Of a stretch of DNA of 64,000 bases, positions 47,144 to 57,349 are shown one piece after another. Below the pieces are notes generated by a model. The model was not told where the DNA came from, ran no database searches, and worked only from the letters and a program-made list of their open reading frames with translations. Position 1 is the first letter of the stretch. Every line of letters begins with the position of its first letter. Position numbers and translations under genes: made by a program. Source of the DNA: a virus (lineage: Duplodnaviria; Caudoviricetes); IMG/VR virus record IMGVR_UViG_3300028293_000005, positions 1 to 64,000 of that record, one strand, 5' to 3'.

Positions 47144-48225
47144 AACGTTTCCCAGCCTCGGTTCCAAAGAGTTTCCAGCCGCCGAAAATAAGTCTCATAT
47201 CTGTGTTTGATGGTCTCCATTGAATACTCCCGGATTGCTCTGTTCCGGATGTATCGCCGGTCCAGTGTTTCAACGTCTCGAACAGCCTGCACAAATTCAC
47301 CCAGCATGGTGCAATGAAAGCCAGTCCTTCCGTGCTCGACCGTTTCTATCATTCCGCCCCAAGGCGTGGAAATAACCGGAGTGCCACAAAGCTGGGCCTC
47401 CACTGCAACACACCCGAATGGCTCCAAATATAGAGTTGGGCAAAATACAGCCTTGGCCCGCGCCATGAGTTGATTCCGGACCTGCCAACTCACCGGCCCG
47501 AGGAACTCGTGACCGCCGGCCGGCGGCATGGCGTTCGCATCGTGCCCGATGATTTTCAACTTCACCCCCGCCGCCGTGGCCGCTTGGCAGGCAATCCCCA
47601 CGCCCTTCTCATATATGAGGCGCCCGACGAACAGGCAATAATCTTCGTGCCGGTCACAAAAGGGGAACCGGTTTGTATCAAAAAACACCGGGATGACAGT
47701 ATCGAAAAAACGACCGTTGAGAATGTTCTGGGCGCCATAGGCGACATGTCTCCACGCATGGCTCTCGAACACCCGGCAGGGAGCGAAGTTGCCGACGTAG
47801 CCAATAGAATATTCCACGCCGAGCATTTGCCGTTGCTCCAGGTTCAGGCACGCGTCAAAAATTGGTTTCTGCGCCAGCCCGCCGATGGTCAACAGCATGT
47901 CCTTGTGCTGTTGGCGGGCCTGAATTTCGCGAATTGCGTTCGCATTGGAGACTTGAAAGAGTGCGGTCTTGTAATCGATGCGGGCGTGCTGGTAAGCGGA
48001 CTTCCCCAGGAGTTTTTTCCGCACGTCGTCGGCGATTATGGGAACGAACTCGTCGCACGGAATATCGGAGCCCGCGGCCCCGTAAAACGTGACGTGATGC
48101 CCGAGGTCCTTCATCATCCGGCAGAACCGTCCGCCGGCCGCGGAGAACCCACAGAGGGAAAACGCATCGTCCCGAGTGACCGGCGCGTTAGGAAGACCCA
48201 AAATATGTAGCCGGAGGGGTGCCAT
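47140..48225 (-). CDS. GT4 (GT-B) glycosyltransferase
   Basis: LFVGRLIYEKG, EPFGCVAVEAQLCGTPVI (E-x7-E). Confidence 0.9.
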   Translation of the reverse strand: MAPLRLHILGLPNAPVTRDDAFSLCGFSAAGGRFCRMMKDLGHHVTFYGAAGSDIPCDEFVPIIADDVRKKLLGKSAYQHARIDYKTALFQVSNANAIREIQARQQHKDMLLTIGGLAQKPIFDACLNLEQRQMLGVEYSIGYVGNFAPCRVFESHAWRHVAYGAQNILNGRFFDTVIPVFFDTNRFPFCDRHEDYCLFVGRLIYEKGVGIACQAATAAGVKLKIIGHDANAMPPAGGHEFLGPVSWQVRNQLMARAKAVFCPTLYLEPFGCVAVEAQLCGTPVISTPWGGMIETVEHGRTGFHCTMLGEFVQAVRDVETLDRRYIRNRAIREYSMETIKHRYETYFRRLETLWNRGWETL

Positions 48226-48391
48226 AAGGTCGCAATTCACAAGAACACGGCAAGGTAATTCCGCCTAGGCCGGGCTCACAGTGCGGGGCCGGGCTCATGC
48301 CTTCGCGATATAGCCAGTAAGTTGCCCAGCGTCGGTGAGCGTGACACCAAAACTTGAACCGGGTAGTATTTTTCTCGTAGCGGGGCTTCAT
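48188..48391 (-). CDS. small hypothetical protein
   Basis: MKPRYEK start, ATGA overlap. Confidence 0.45.
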   Translation of the reverse strand: MKPRYEKNTTRFKFWCHAHRRWATYWLYREGMSPAPHCEPGLGGITLPCSCELRPYGTPPATYFGSS

Positions 48392-48585
48392 GTGGTCAGT
48401 GCAGCAGAAACGTCTTCGAAACTTCCACCGTCTTCGTGATGCTGGAAGTAATGCCTCCCGATGCAAACCTCGCCGGCCTCTTCCCAGCCATAATGGCCCT
48501 GGTCATAACGACGAACGACCATCGGGACGTCTCCGTATTGAGCCTTGAGATTTTCCAGCTCCGCGATTACTTCACTAATTTTCAT
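48388..48585 (-). CDS. small hypothetical phage protein
   Basis: MKISEVIAELENLKAQYGD phage-type start. Confidence 0.65.
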   Translation of the reverse strand: MKISEVIAELENLKAQYGDVPMVVRRYDQGHYGWEEAGEVCIGRHYFQHHEDGGSFEDVSAALTT

Positions 48586-49003
48586 CGGGGAAAAGGTCAG
48601 CGATTTTCCGCGGTTCCCGACGAACCGGGCCGTCCTCGCTCGTCATCCACAGGAACCTGCCGAAGGCGCCCGCAACGCAGTTCACGCAACCCAGTTCGGT
48701 TTTGCCGTCCACGCGGCACGCCCGAGTGCGTTGGTTGTCCATGTAATAAAGCCGGCCTTCCCATTTGAACAGAACGGCAGCGTGATAGCCGCGGGCGCCG
48801 CCGTATTGCGACCAGCCGTAAATGATGCGGTGCGCCGGGATGCCCTGGGCGCGCAAGAACGCGGTGGCGGACGCGCTGAATGGGTCGCACTGGTCTGGCG
48901 TCATGTAGTTCGGGATTTGCTTGAACGACGGCAGGGGTGAGGCGAGCGCGGTCCAGGCGAACAGGAGGGAAGCCAGCCAGATTAAAACGAGGTGCTTTTT
49001 CAC
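48575..49003 (-). CDS. secreted transglutaminase/papain-like protein
   Basis: Signal peptide; QCDPFS, YHAAV, YMDNQ = Cys-His-Asp spacing. Confidence 0.6.
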   Translation of the reverse strand: MKKHLVLIWLASLLFAWTALASPLPSFKQIPNYMTPDQCDPFSASATAFLRAQGIPAHRIIYGWSQYGGARGYHAAVLFKWEGRLYYMDNQRTRACRVDGKTELGCVNCVAGAFGRFLWMTSEDGPVRREPRKIADLFPDEN

Positions 49004-49278
49004 TCCGCATCCCTCCCGGCCACGAAGGCGAAGCGCAGGGTTGCATCGACGAGGTAGACGACCGTATCATCTGGGAAGTGGTAAAGGGCATCGCGGTCGA
49101 AAGACCACGCATTCACCCCGCACTCGAAATAATGGTCCTTGCGTCCGACGTCCAGGGCCGGGCGCCCGCACAGTTTCATAAACACGCGACCGTTGTCGGA
49201 AGTGGAAAAGGCCTGACCGACGTTCAAGTCGCCGAATTTGCTCTCAGCGTGAATTTTGTATTCTTGATATAAGTTCAT
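49000..49278 (-). CDS. hypothetical protein
   Basis: MNLYQEY start. Confidence 0.55.
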   Translation of the reverse strand: MNLYQEYKIHAESKFGDLNVGQAFSTSDNGRVFMKLCGRPALDVGRKDHYFECGVNAWSFDRDALYHFPDDTVVYLVDATLRFAFVAGRDAE

Positions 49279-49318
49279 TTGAATCGCGCGGGCCGTCCGT
49301 AGCCCGCGTAGTGTGGTC

Positions 49319-49693
49319 CTACTGTCCTTCAGACTCGCACTTAGACGTTTCGGCCGCTTCAGGGTATAACAACCCGCCCGCGTCCGTGAGTGTGGCAGCC
49401 GCATCCACCAGCTGGCGGTGCAGGTCGTTCAGCTTGAAGTTCACGGTGCCGCCATTCAGCGGCAGCGCGTAGAACCCCTCCGGGATGCTGATGGTTTTCT
49501 TCAACAAACCGATTGCCGCGCCCAGCTGTTCGGCGATGCGAACGAGGTCCTTGAACAGCTCCTCGCGCGCGATGTTTTTGTCCTTCGTTGAGAAGCAACG
49601 AAAGGACTCGGCCAGCTGCGCCTGCAGCTCCGGTCCGAGGACCGCGGTGCGGGTGCCGATGTGGTGGAGTTCCTTGATGAACTGGTCGCTCAT
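49319..49693 (-). CDS. hypothetical protein
   Basis: 124-aa ORF in operon. Confidence 0.65.
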   Translation of the reverse strand: MSDQFIKELHHIGTRTAVLGPELQAQLAESFRCFSTKDKNIAREELFKDLVRIAEQLGAAIGLLKKTISIPEGFYALPLNGGTVNFKLNDLHRQLVDAAATLTDAGGLLYPEAAETSKCESEGQ

Positions 49694-49694
49694 G

Positions 49695-50099
49695 TTAGTT
49701 ATTGTGGTGGTTATGGGAACCAGCGTCGTTGACCGTGGTGGAGTTGTTGACGGGACCCGTGGTCACATTCACCGCGCCGCTTCCGCCGCCGGACTGTTCG
49801 ACGTTGGTGTTCGAACGGGCCGGGCGAAGCAACGCCGCGCCGCCGGCAATGCCGCCAGCGTTGGCAACCGCGGGAACGAACCCGGGACCGCCGGTCTGGT
49901 TCAGCACGCCTTCGATGGTGCCGGGCTTCTTCGGGTCGAACACCACGATGGTCGTCGTGCTGGGCGCGAAAACGCCGGCCGTCTTGATGCGGACGACCTT
50001 CAAACCGTTGATTTCACCGATGATTTTGGTGCCAGCCTTGGCAGGAGTAACCGACGCTAAAACCAGCGCCGCCAGCATGAGTGTAATGATTTGCTTCAT
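49695..50099 (-). CDS. secreted/membrane hypothetical protein
   Basis: Signal peptide; G/N/S-rich tail. Confidence 0.7.
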   Translation of the reverse strand: MKQIITLMLAALVLASVTPAKAGTKIIGEINGLKVVRIKTAGVFAPSTTTIVVFDPKKPGTIEGVLNQTGGPGFVPAVANAGGIAGGAALLRPARSNTNVEQSGGGSGAVNVTTGPVNNSTTVNDAGSHNHHNN

Positions 50100-50108
50100 T
50101 ATGTCTGT

Positions 50109-50137
50109 AGGTTACGACAGGGGGTTTGTTCTGTCAA
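50109..50137 (-). promoter_or_regulatory. sigma70-like promoter TTGACA-N17-TAACCT
   Basis: Canonical spacing and TAnnnT; 9 nt before ATG 50099. Confidence 0.5.
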
Positions 50138-50138
50138 A

Positions 50139-51407
50139 TTATATTCCCGGCAAAGCGTAGGGCCGCGTTTCGGTGACTTCGGCGAACTTCAGCGAAAGGC
50201 TATAGCTGGCGGTCTGCCCATATTTTGGGTGCATGAGGAAAAACGTTTGTGAGGGGTCCACGGGCGAGAAGCCCTCGGCCAGAGCGTAGCCGTCAATGCC
50301 GGGGAAGCCGCCGTTGACGATGAACTTGCCTTTGGCATGCGGCAGCACAATGTCCCGGTGCAGGTGACCACACAGATAGTAGTCCGGAGCGCGTTGCCCG
50401 TGCTTGGTGAACAGCTGCGTGGTGCTGGAAATGTGCCGGCCCACCGCGTGGTTGGGAATGCCCAGCGCACGGTCACCGCCACGGAGCGTGTCGCCATGAA
50501 GCAACTGGAAGAGGAACCCCTGCACCTCGAACAGGGCCGAGGGCTGCCGGTCCAGGGTCCACTTCGCGTTCGTGATGCCGCTGGTCAGGGCTTCGGTGTA
50601 AGCCAGACAAAACATATCCAGGTTCGAGTAGCGGTTTTCCGTGGGCATGCGTTTCTGATTGGCGAACCGCGGATGGTTGCCCACCGTTCCGACAATGCGC
50701 ACCGATGGGAATACCGGCGCGACGTTCCGGATGAACTGACCGAACGCGTGGCCGGCCGCATAGCATTGTTCGAACAGCGTCATCTTTTGCGCGGCTTCAG
50801 CTCCGTGGTTCAACGCGCCGTGGATAAGGTCACCGCCGAAACAGATTACCAGCTCGTCCACTTTCGTCGTGGTGTGTTTGGTGACAATGGACGTGATAGC
50901 GGTTTCCACGGTCTTGAGGCGCGCCAGGAAAACATCCAGGTCATACCCGCCAAACCCCAGGGTCTGGTCAGGCGTGATAACCTGCCCGACGTGCGTGTCG
51001 CTCAGCAACAGAACCGCAGACTGAGAGCAGTCGGACCCAACCTTTGACGGGATGACCGCGGGAAGCGGGCTATACGACACTGGCGCGATTTCTCGGGCCA
51101 GCTCCACCAGCTGTTCGGACACGGCCGCATGAGCCACGGCGCGTTCGTATTTCTTTTCGAGGACCTTGTATTCGCGCTTCCAAAACTCGTCCGACTTGCG
51201 TGCTTTGTCCTGCTCGAACGTGGTCGGCACAGCCGGCACGGCTGGCGGCAGCTGACGGCGATACTTCACGCTCTCCGGCGCAAAACGCTGGCGAGCGCGC
51301 CGGATGGCCGGTTCGCTGCAATGGAAAACACTTGCGAGATAAGCATCACTCTGACCTTTGCTGACGCCGTCGCGAAGGGCTTCGATTTCTAAGGCGGTCC
51401 AGTTCAC
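50139..51407 (-). CDS. HTH + calcineurin-like metallophosphoesterase
   Basis: SDTH, GGDLIHG, GNH, HGD, GHLH motifs. Confidence 0.9.
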   Translation of the reverse strand: MNWTALEIEALRDGVSKGQSDAYLASVFHCSEPAIRRARQRFAPESVKYRRQLPPAVPAVPTTFEQDKARKSDEFWKREYKVLEKKYERAVAHAAVSEQLVELAREIAPVSYSPLPAVIPSKVGSDCSQSAVLLLSDTHVGQVITPDQTLGFGGYDLDVFLARLKTVETAITSIVTKHTTTKVDELVICFGGDLIHGALNHGAEAAQKMTLFEQCYAAGHAFGQFIRNVAPVFPSVRIVGTVGNHPRFANQKRMPTENRYSNLDMFCLAYTEALTSGITNAKWTLDRQPSALFEVQGFLFQLLHGDTLRGGDRALGIPNHAVGRHISSTTQLFTKHGQRAPDYYLCGHLHRDIVLPHAKGKFIVNGGFPGIDGYALAEGFSPVDPSQTFFLMHPKYGQTASYSLSLKFAEVTETRPYALPGI

Positions 51408-51970
51408 TTTGATTTGTTCTTCTTTGGGTTGGGGGTCTCGTCTTGCTCGACTTCGACCCTAAATTGGTCGTTCGCCAGACGCTTAAATGCCAGATTGAAG
51501 TCGTGCAGGGCTGCCTCTGGCGTGTGGCCTCGCCCTACAAGGTGTCCCGACGCGATTGCCGGGTCGCCGTAAATGGCGAGGAAAATTCCGCCGTGCTGGA
51601 AAATGGACGGCTTGAGTTGCGTGCTGGGGAGCAGGGCATTCTCCGCGACTTTTGTCTGCGCAGCCAACAGCCGCTGTTGTTTGGCCTGGGTCTTGACCAA
51701 CGAGCTGTAGAGTTCATTCGTCTTGTCGAGGTTCCACCGGGACGCGTCCGCGAGCAGTTCATCGAGTCGCTTGCAAGCGTTGCAGAAGGTTACCGTCGCC
51801 GCGGCGAGCGCACCGCCGTCCAGCTCGGGGTGCGGGCTGGACGGGTCGAACTCCCGATGCGAGCCTAGCAGATAGGCCTGCAATGCGTTCGTGATGTGCA
51901 GCAACGTGTGGACTTGTGCTGTGGCGACGGTCTCCCGGTTCGACACAAGCATAGGCGCGGAGTCATTCAT
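51404..51970 (-). CDS. hypothetical protein
   Basis: ORF after promoter. Confidence 0.7.
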   Translation of the reverse strand: MNDSAPMLVSNRETVATAQVHTLLHITNALQAYLLGSHREFDPSSPHPELDGGALAAATVTFCNACKRLDELLADASRWNLDKTNELYSSLVKTQAKQQRLLAAQTKVAENALLPSTQLKPSIFQHGGIFLAIYGDPAIASGHLVGRGHTPEAALHDFNLAFKRLANDQFRVEVEQDETPNPKKNKSK

Positions 51971-51977
51971 CTACTTA

Positions 51978-52007
51978 TACCAGTGCAGGTTTTTCCCGAA
52001 ATGTTAA
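51978..52007 (-). promoter_or_regulatory. promoter motif TTAACA-N16-CACTGGTA
   Basis: -35 contains RuvC-like gene TAA stop. Confidence 0.8.
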
Positions 52008-52492
52008 GAGGAGAATTGTGCCTCGGCCCAGTGCAGCAGGTGCCACGCGTCGATGGCATTGTCGTCCAGCGGCGCTTGGTCTGGCCGGCACCCGGTCTTC
52101 TCGTAGTAAGCCAGGGCCATCGCGTCCTTGTCCGCGTTCCCGTGACCCGTGGCAAACTTTTTCAGCGTCTGAACGGGGCAGCAGATTATCGGGGTTCCGG
52201 TGTCATACGCAAAAAGCCACAGGATGGCCCTGAAGCCGGACCAAAGGTGCGCCTGGGCCTGGGACCGGACGAACTTCACGTCCTCGTATGCCAGCAGGTC
52301 GATGCCCGAACTGCCGTAAAAGTCGCGCAGCTCGTTACGCAAAAGAACGAGCCGCTGGTCGATGATGCAGCAACTCGATTTTTTCTTCTGCGTGAAGTCC
52401 CAGGTGCCGGCCTTGACCGCGTGGCACGGGCCGATTGCAAGTTTGTTGGCCCAGCCGGTCTTCGTGCCCAAATCTAAAGCTAAGATGTTCAT
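52004..52492 (-). CDS. RuvC-like Holliday junction resolvase
   Basis: ILALDLGTKTGWA, AYEDV, LKKFATGHGNADK, DNAIDA. Confidence 0.85.
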   Translation of the reverse strand: MNILALDLGTKTGWANKLAIGPCHAVKAGTWDFTQKKKSSCCIIDQRLVLLRNELRDFYGSSGIDLLAYEDVKFVRSQAQAHLWSGFRAILWLFAYDTGTPIICCPVQTLKKFATGHGNADKDAMALAYYEKTGCRPDQAPLDDNAIDAWHLLHWAEAQFSS

Positions 52493-52968
52493 GGAAAATT
52501 AAGAGCCGCGGCGCTACCAAAATACTTTTTTGCGGCCATGTCCCGGACGCGCGCCGCCTCCACAGGACAAGTGAAATGACCCAAAAATATCCCTTTCCGG
52601 CCCACCGCGATTTGCGCGATGAAGATTTTTCTGTGCGCAGAAAAGGTAACCCCCCGAAACCCCGACGTATTATTTCTGTTGAGCCGAGAGCGGTTGGCCT
52701 GATTAAGGGCGGGAGTCAGAAACCGCAGGTTGAGCCGGCAGTTATTTAGACCATCCCCGTCCACATGGTCCAGGTGCAGGCCCTGGCGCTTGCCCATGAC
52801 TTCGTGATGGAGATAGACCGCCGGGCCATCAGAGCGGCTCCGTCTTGCATATTTTCGTCCTCCCTTTGCCACCGTATACCATGTATAGCCGCGCACCCGT
52901 TCGAAGTCCGCGAAGTCCACCACGGTCACTTGACCGTGGGTTAACGGAATAAACACCACGCAGCTCAT
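52489..52968 (-). CDS. HNH-AP2 homing endonuclease
   Basis: LDHVDGDGLNNCRLNLR + NTSGFRGV...FLGHF. Confidence 0.9.
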   Translation of the reverse strand: MSCVVFIPLTHGQVTVVDFADFERVRGYTWYTVAKGGRKYARRSRSDGPAVYLHHEVMGKRQGLHLDHVDGDGLNNCRLNLRFLTPALNQANRSRLNRNNTSGFRGVTFSAHRKIFIAQIAVGRKGIFLGHFTCPVEAARVRDMAAKKYFGSAAALNFP

Positions 52969-52972
52969 AAAA

Positions 52973-53746
52973 CTAAACCTCACCCCTTTCGTCCACGCCG
53001 GCCTTCTTGAACGCGCGACGCAACTTTTCGACTGCTCCATTATGAATTTGATGCACGCGCGCCCGCGTAATGCCGAGCGTGTCGCCGATTTCGCGGAGGT
53101 TCAGGTCCTGTTCGTAAAACATGCGCAAGACTTTCGCTTCCTTGGCGGTCAGCACGCGCTTGGACTGCTCCAGGCACCGCAGGATTAACTCCTTGCTGTC
53201 GCCTTCCACGTCCGGCTGCACCACGCCCTCGTCCTCGTCCAGCAACAAGAGCGTTTCCCCAGCTTCGTCGTCCGGGTAGTTCCCGTGGTAGTCCACGATA
53301 TCCTTGGACCGCCACAGAGACTTGATTTCGGACTGAATGTAGGGCTTGGCGTAAGCCGCAAACCGGGTGCCGCGCTTGTGGTCGAATGCCTCAAAAGCCT
53401 TCATCAGGCCGAAGTTCGCCGCACTCACGACTTCGTTGTCCGGCAGCTTTCCGCGGACCAGCTTGCGCGCGTAGGTCATCGCGAACAGCAGGTGGTTCGT
53501 GATGATAAACTCGCGGGCGTCGTCGGCCTTTTGGCCGCGGCAGCCCTTTGCGGAGTTGAACAGTTGAGTTTCTTCCTCGGCGGTCAGAAGTTTGAATTTC
53601 AGGTCCGTCCCAGGTCCGTAGTAGTTGGTTGTGTCGTTCACGTTGAAATAGTGAGGGTGTAGCGGCATGCAGCTTCCAAACCGAGAAGAGAAGTCCTCCG
53701 TCTCTTTCGGTGTTGGAATTTCCACGCCCATGAAGGTGAAGTTCAT
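52973..53746 (-). CDS. phage sigma-70 family RNA polymerase sigma factor
   Basis: Region 1.2 LLTAEEE; region 2 GLMKAFEAFDHKRGTRFAAYA; region 4 LREIGDTLGITRARVHQI. Confidence 0.9.
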   Translation of the reverse strand: MNFTFMGVEIPTPKETEDFSSRFGSCMPLHPHYFNVNDTTNYYGPGTDLKFKLLTAEEETQLFNSAKGCRGQKADDAREFIITNHLLFAMTYARKLVRGKLPDNEVVSAANFGLMKAFEAFDHKRGTRFAAYAKPYIQSEIKSLWRSKDIVDYHGNYPDDEAGETLLLLDEDEGVVQPDVEGDSKELILRCLEQSKRVLTAKEAKVLRMFYEQDLNLREIGDTLGITRARVHQIHNGAVEKLRRAFKKAGVDERGEV

Positions 53747-55968
53747 TGCTTGGTGTATGGGTTGTCTTTGGTTTCCGCCACGGGTTTCGCTCCGTTCTTC
53801 GGATAACGTCGCCCGCGGCAAATTGTGAAAAGCCGGCGAAGGTCATTCCCCTGGACCTTGATGTCGAAACCCTTCATGGCTAAAACGGGCAGCATTTTGC
53901 CCAGCTGGTCCGCGCTGGTGCGGCCAATAGCTTCGCCCATGTTGCAGTCCGTCATCATCGATTTGAAAAGCTGATAGGCGGTGCCTTCCCAGCAGTCGTG
54001 AGACGGATGCTTTTCGGTGAAGTAGATTCGCATCCATTCGTCCACCTGTTCGCCCATGCCGGCGGCTTGGGACGACTGGTTCGCTTCGGTGATGACGGAG
54101 GGGTCGTGATAGACTTTCGGACCGTAGCGTTTTTCCGGCGTCAGCAACCGCTCCGGGATTTCGTAGTCCATGAGATATTTTGCGAAGTAGGGCAGCTCCC
54201 TCGCCAGCGTTTTGATGATGACCGGCCGCTCCGGGAAAATGAACCCATCGGTGCGGGTCGGGACGCAGCGAAACAGGTTCAGCTTGTCCAGGTTTCCCAT
54301 CCCGATTTCCGGGATGGCCCTGAGGCTGTCCGGGTCATCGTTGCACGAGGCCAAAATGCGACCGGCCCAGTCCACCAGACTCGCGGCGCGGTATTTTTCG
54401 TTCGAGCGGAAGGCCTGATTCGCGCAGGCGCGCTTCAACATTTCCGTCATCAGCCGGTGCGTGCGTTGGTCAAGCCCCAGCGAATTATCATCTAATGCCC
54501 AAATGAACACCTGCCACAGCTCGCTATTAAAAGAGTCGCGTCCCATAATCCAGTCCTGGCACTCGGCGTATCCGTTAAACAGGGCTCCGATAATATAGCG
54601 CGTATTCAGAGTTTTGCCACAACAAGGTGGCCCAATGAAGTAAGAAACTGGACCGGGCTGCGGGTCGCGGTTGTAGGCGCAGCGATAGGCATACGCCGCG
54701 TAGGAGATAAAGGAGTCAAGCGCGTCGCCGCTGGTCAGCCAGCCGTCATAAAACTTCGCGATGAAGGGGAACTTGTCTCCCCACTTTTGTGTTCCGGGCG
54801 CTGGCGGCAGAACGTCGATGGTGTGCACGTTCAGGAACCGCTTTCCTTGATATGGCATGAGTCCTTTGGGATAGAAGGCAAAGCTGCCTGCCGAGGCAAT
54901 TTGCCCATGGTTACGTATGTGAATGATTGCCTCGTCCAGGGGTGAGTAGTGACCGCCCTTTGGCCGGCGGTCCGAGATACCGCGCTCCACGCGCAAGTGG
55001 CGGGACAGGGAGTCCGTAGTGTCGAACATCCATTCCCCCTTGAGATTTTTGTAGATGAACTGGTGATTGTCGAAAAAGATTCCGTCCACCGCGGCGCCCA
55101 TCTGTTTTGTCTGGAACTCCTTTACAAAGGGGACGCCGAAGAAGTCGGCCCAGGTCATGTATGCGTGATGCGACGCGTGCGAGGCAAAAGAGCGGATGCC
55201 CTTGGTGTCGGCGATGGCGGATTTTTTACTCGTGGACTCCGGCTCCCAAAACGTCGGCCCCATGGAGTCAACCACAAAGTCGCCTTCCCAGTCCGCGAAG
55301 CGTGGATACTTTTCCTTGAGCAGCGGCGCGACAATTTCGAGCGGGATTTCAACCAGCTCGGGACCCTGGAATGAAAACTTTTTCGAGCAGGCCATTTCCC
55401 AGCCGAGGACCAAGTCCGCCGGCACGGGCTCGTCGTGGATTTTCTCCCACCGGCAGCCGTTGGTATAATAGCGCGTGCAGGACTCCACCGCGCCCTCGTC
55501 GATGTTCGGCACCTGCCGATACGGTATCAGCTCGTGCAGCTTCCCAAGCAGGAACTTCGCATACTCAGCGCGGCCCAAAAAGTTGATGGGTCGCCCGAGT
55601 ATCCACACCAGCCGGAAGTGACCGCTGAATGTGGTTTCAATGTAATTCGGCCGCAGCTTGCCCATCCGTTCGAGCGCGCCGTCCAGCTCTGCGCGCGTCA
55701 GCTTGCAGTCCACGTCGATGGGGACCACCTGACACTCGTGCGCGGGGTTTTCCTTGTTGATGCGCAGGTTCGGGTTCAAGCCTGCAATACCCGAATACAT
55801 CTGGTGGACTGTGGCCGGGGTGTTCGCCCACTTGTCGCGCAGCTTTTTATCCGCGAAACAGTCCGGCGGAACCTTGGCGAGGTTGTCCGCCGGATATTCC
55901 CACGGCAGGCACTCCGTAATTTCGTGGCTACAAAGGTTCCGCAGCGCGAAGCACTTTATTTGATTCAT
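53743..55968 (-). CDS. primase-helicase (primpol-like N-terminus, SF3/D5-like NTPase)
   Basis: IDVD...SGHFRLVW; GPPCCGKT Walker A; ALDD Walker B; SCN. Confidence 0.8.
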   Translation of the reverse strand: MNQIKCFALRNLCSHEITECLPWEYPADNLAKVPPDCFADKKLRDKWANTPATVHQMYSGIAGLNPNLRINKENPAHECQVVPIDVDCKLTRAELDGALERMGKLRPNYIETTFSGHFRLVWILGRPINFLGRAEYAKFLLGKLHELIPYRQVPNIDEGAVESCTRYYTNGCRWEKIHDEPVPADLVLGWEMACSKKFSFQGPELVEIPLEIVAPLLKEKYPRFADWEGDFVVDSMGPTFWEPESTSKKSAIADTKGIRSFASHASHHAYMTWADFFGVPFVKEFQTKQMGAAVDGIFFDNHQFIYKNLKGEWMFDTTDSLSRHLRVERGISDRRPKGGHYSPLDEAIIHIRNHGQIASAGSFAFYPKGLMPYQGKRFLNVHTIDVLPPAPGTQKWGDKFPFIAKFYDGWLTSGDALDSFISYAAYAYRCAYNRDPQPGPVSYFIGPPCCGKTLNTRYIIGALFNGYAECQDWIMGRDSFNSELWQVFIWALDDNSLGLDQRTHRLMTEMLKRACANQAFRSNEKYRAASLVDWAGRILASCNDDPDSLRAIPEIGMGNLDKLNLFRCVPTRTDGFIFPERPVIIKTLARELPYFAKYLMDYEIPERLLTPEKRYGPKVYHDPSVITEANQSSQAAGMGEQVDEWMRIYFTEKHPSHDCWEGTAYQLFKSMMTDCNMGEAIGRTSADQLGKMLPVLAMKGFDIKVQGNDLRRLFTICRGRRYPKNGAKPVAETKDNPYTKQ

Positions 55969-56426
55969 CGAAAATTCCTTTGGGCGAAGTCGCCAAAGAG
56001 CCGCTGGCTTGCTTCGTTGTAGGCTTGCTGCGCGTCGGCCTTGTTGTTAAACAGTCCGAGATAAACACCTTTTTGATTGTGCACCAACCGGGCCATCCAC
56101 TTTTTCGCTGCCTTGTGCCAGTAAACCCCGCGGGACCCCCGCTGCACGCAGTCATGTCGATAGCCCATTTGATTCTGCGCGCGTGTAGCCACGCGCAGAT
56201 TGTCACGCTGGTTGTTCAATCCATTGCCGTCCTTGTGGTCTACTTGTTCTCCGGGACCCGCTGAGACGAGAAGTCGGTGCATGTAGACATACTTCTTTCC
56301 TTCATATCGCGCCGCGTGAAAGGTGTGCTTTCGCTTTTGTGCGGTCCACCTGAATTTCGACAACGCTTCAAAGTCGCCATCATCCAAGAGAACTTGTTGA
56401 CCGCCGGAGATGGGAAGAATTTTCAT
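55965..56426 (-). CDS. HNH-AP2 homing endonuclease
   Basis: VDHKDGNGLNNQRDNLR + RGVYWHK...YLGLF. Confidence 0.9.
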   Translation of the reverse strand: MKILPISGGQQVLLDDGDFEALSKFRWTAQKRKHTFHAARYEGKKYVYMHRLLVSAGPGEQVDHKDGNGLNNQRDNLRVATRAQNQMGYRHDCVQRGSRGVYWHKAAKKWMARLVHNQKGVYLGLFNNKADAQQAYNEASQRLFGDFAQRNFR

Positions 56427-57349
56427 TTTTCGTAACAGGGAACTTCTTTGGCTTCCGCCGTAACAGGACACCCAGCCAGCCACGGGGGAGTAATGGACAT
56501 GATATTCTGAACATCCCGAGCTGAAATGTGAGACGCACATTCACAGACGACTTCGTCGTGTATCGACCAAAGGACGTGTATACCCGGAGTTTCATGTAAT
56601 TTCAAAAGGTGAAAAGCAAAAACATCGCGTGCGGTCGCCTGCACGAGGTTTTCTGTAAGCAGCCCGCCATACAGGGTGGACCGCATGCCGCCGACGTCGG
56701 CGGTGAAACACAGCTTGCGCTTGAACCCGAGCGGCGTGTCGTCGCCGGGACGTCGCGCGCTGATGTTGGAGTCGTCATCGGTCACCGGCACCAACTTCCA
56801 TTCGGACCGGACGTCCTTATACGTCATCACTCGGCCCGAAGGCAATTGCAGTTTGAAGTCGCCGCCCACCGCACTCTTGAAGTCCTCGTCCAGGCGGCGC
56901 CAGAGGCCAGTCACGCCGGGGTTGCTGTCCCGATAGTCCTTGACGATGCGCCGGGAGTTTTGACCGTAGCCCGAAACCATTTTCTGAGTGCCGTCCGCGT
57001 TGATGACGGGGTCCCCGTCGCGCGTCAGCGCGGGTTCCCATTCGGGGTCCCCCGCGGTGATATCCAGGCCAGCCATGGACTGCGCCATGGTGATGAACTT
57101 GCGCCAGCCGGCGCCGTAACCCAGCCCGAGAATACGAACCTTGGCCAGGGCGTATTTGATGGGGTCCTCCTTTTTCAGGTCACCCTTCACCCATCGAGGG
57201 CTGCCAGGATTCCAATCCATGGACGCCTTGGCGTGCGCGACGTATGGCGAGTCACCCGCGGCCATGGCTGCTAGGGCCACCTTGTCTTTGACCAGCCATG
57301 CGAGAACGCGGGGTTCAATTTGCGAGAGGTCGGAAACTATCATCTTCAT
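56423..57349 (-). CDS. DNA polymerase family A, C-terminal part (motifs A, B, C)
   Basis: DLSQIEPR, AKVRILGLGYG, ENLVQATARD, IHDE. Confidence 0.9.
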   Translation of the reverse strand: MKMIVSDLSQIEPRVLAWLVKDKVALAAMAAGDSPYVAHAKASMDWNPGSPRWVKGDLKKEDPIKYALAKVRILGLGYGAGWRKFITMAQSMAGLDITAGDPEWEPALTRDGDPVINADGTQKMVSGYGQNSRRIVKDYRDSNPGVTGLWRRLDEDFKSAVGGDFKLQLPSGRVMTYKDVRSEWKLVPVTDDDSNISARRPGDDTPLGFKRKLCFTADVGGMRSTLYGGLLTENLVQATARDVFAFHLLKLHETPGIHVLWSIHDEVVCECASHISARDVQNIMSITPPWLAGCPVTAEAKEVPCYEK

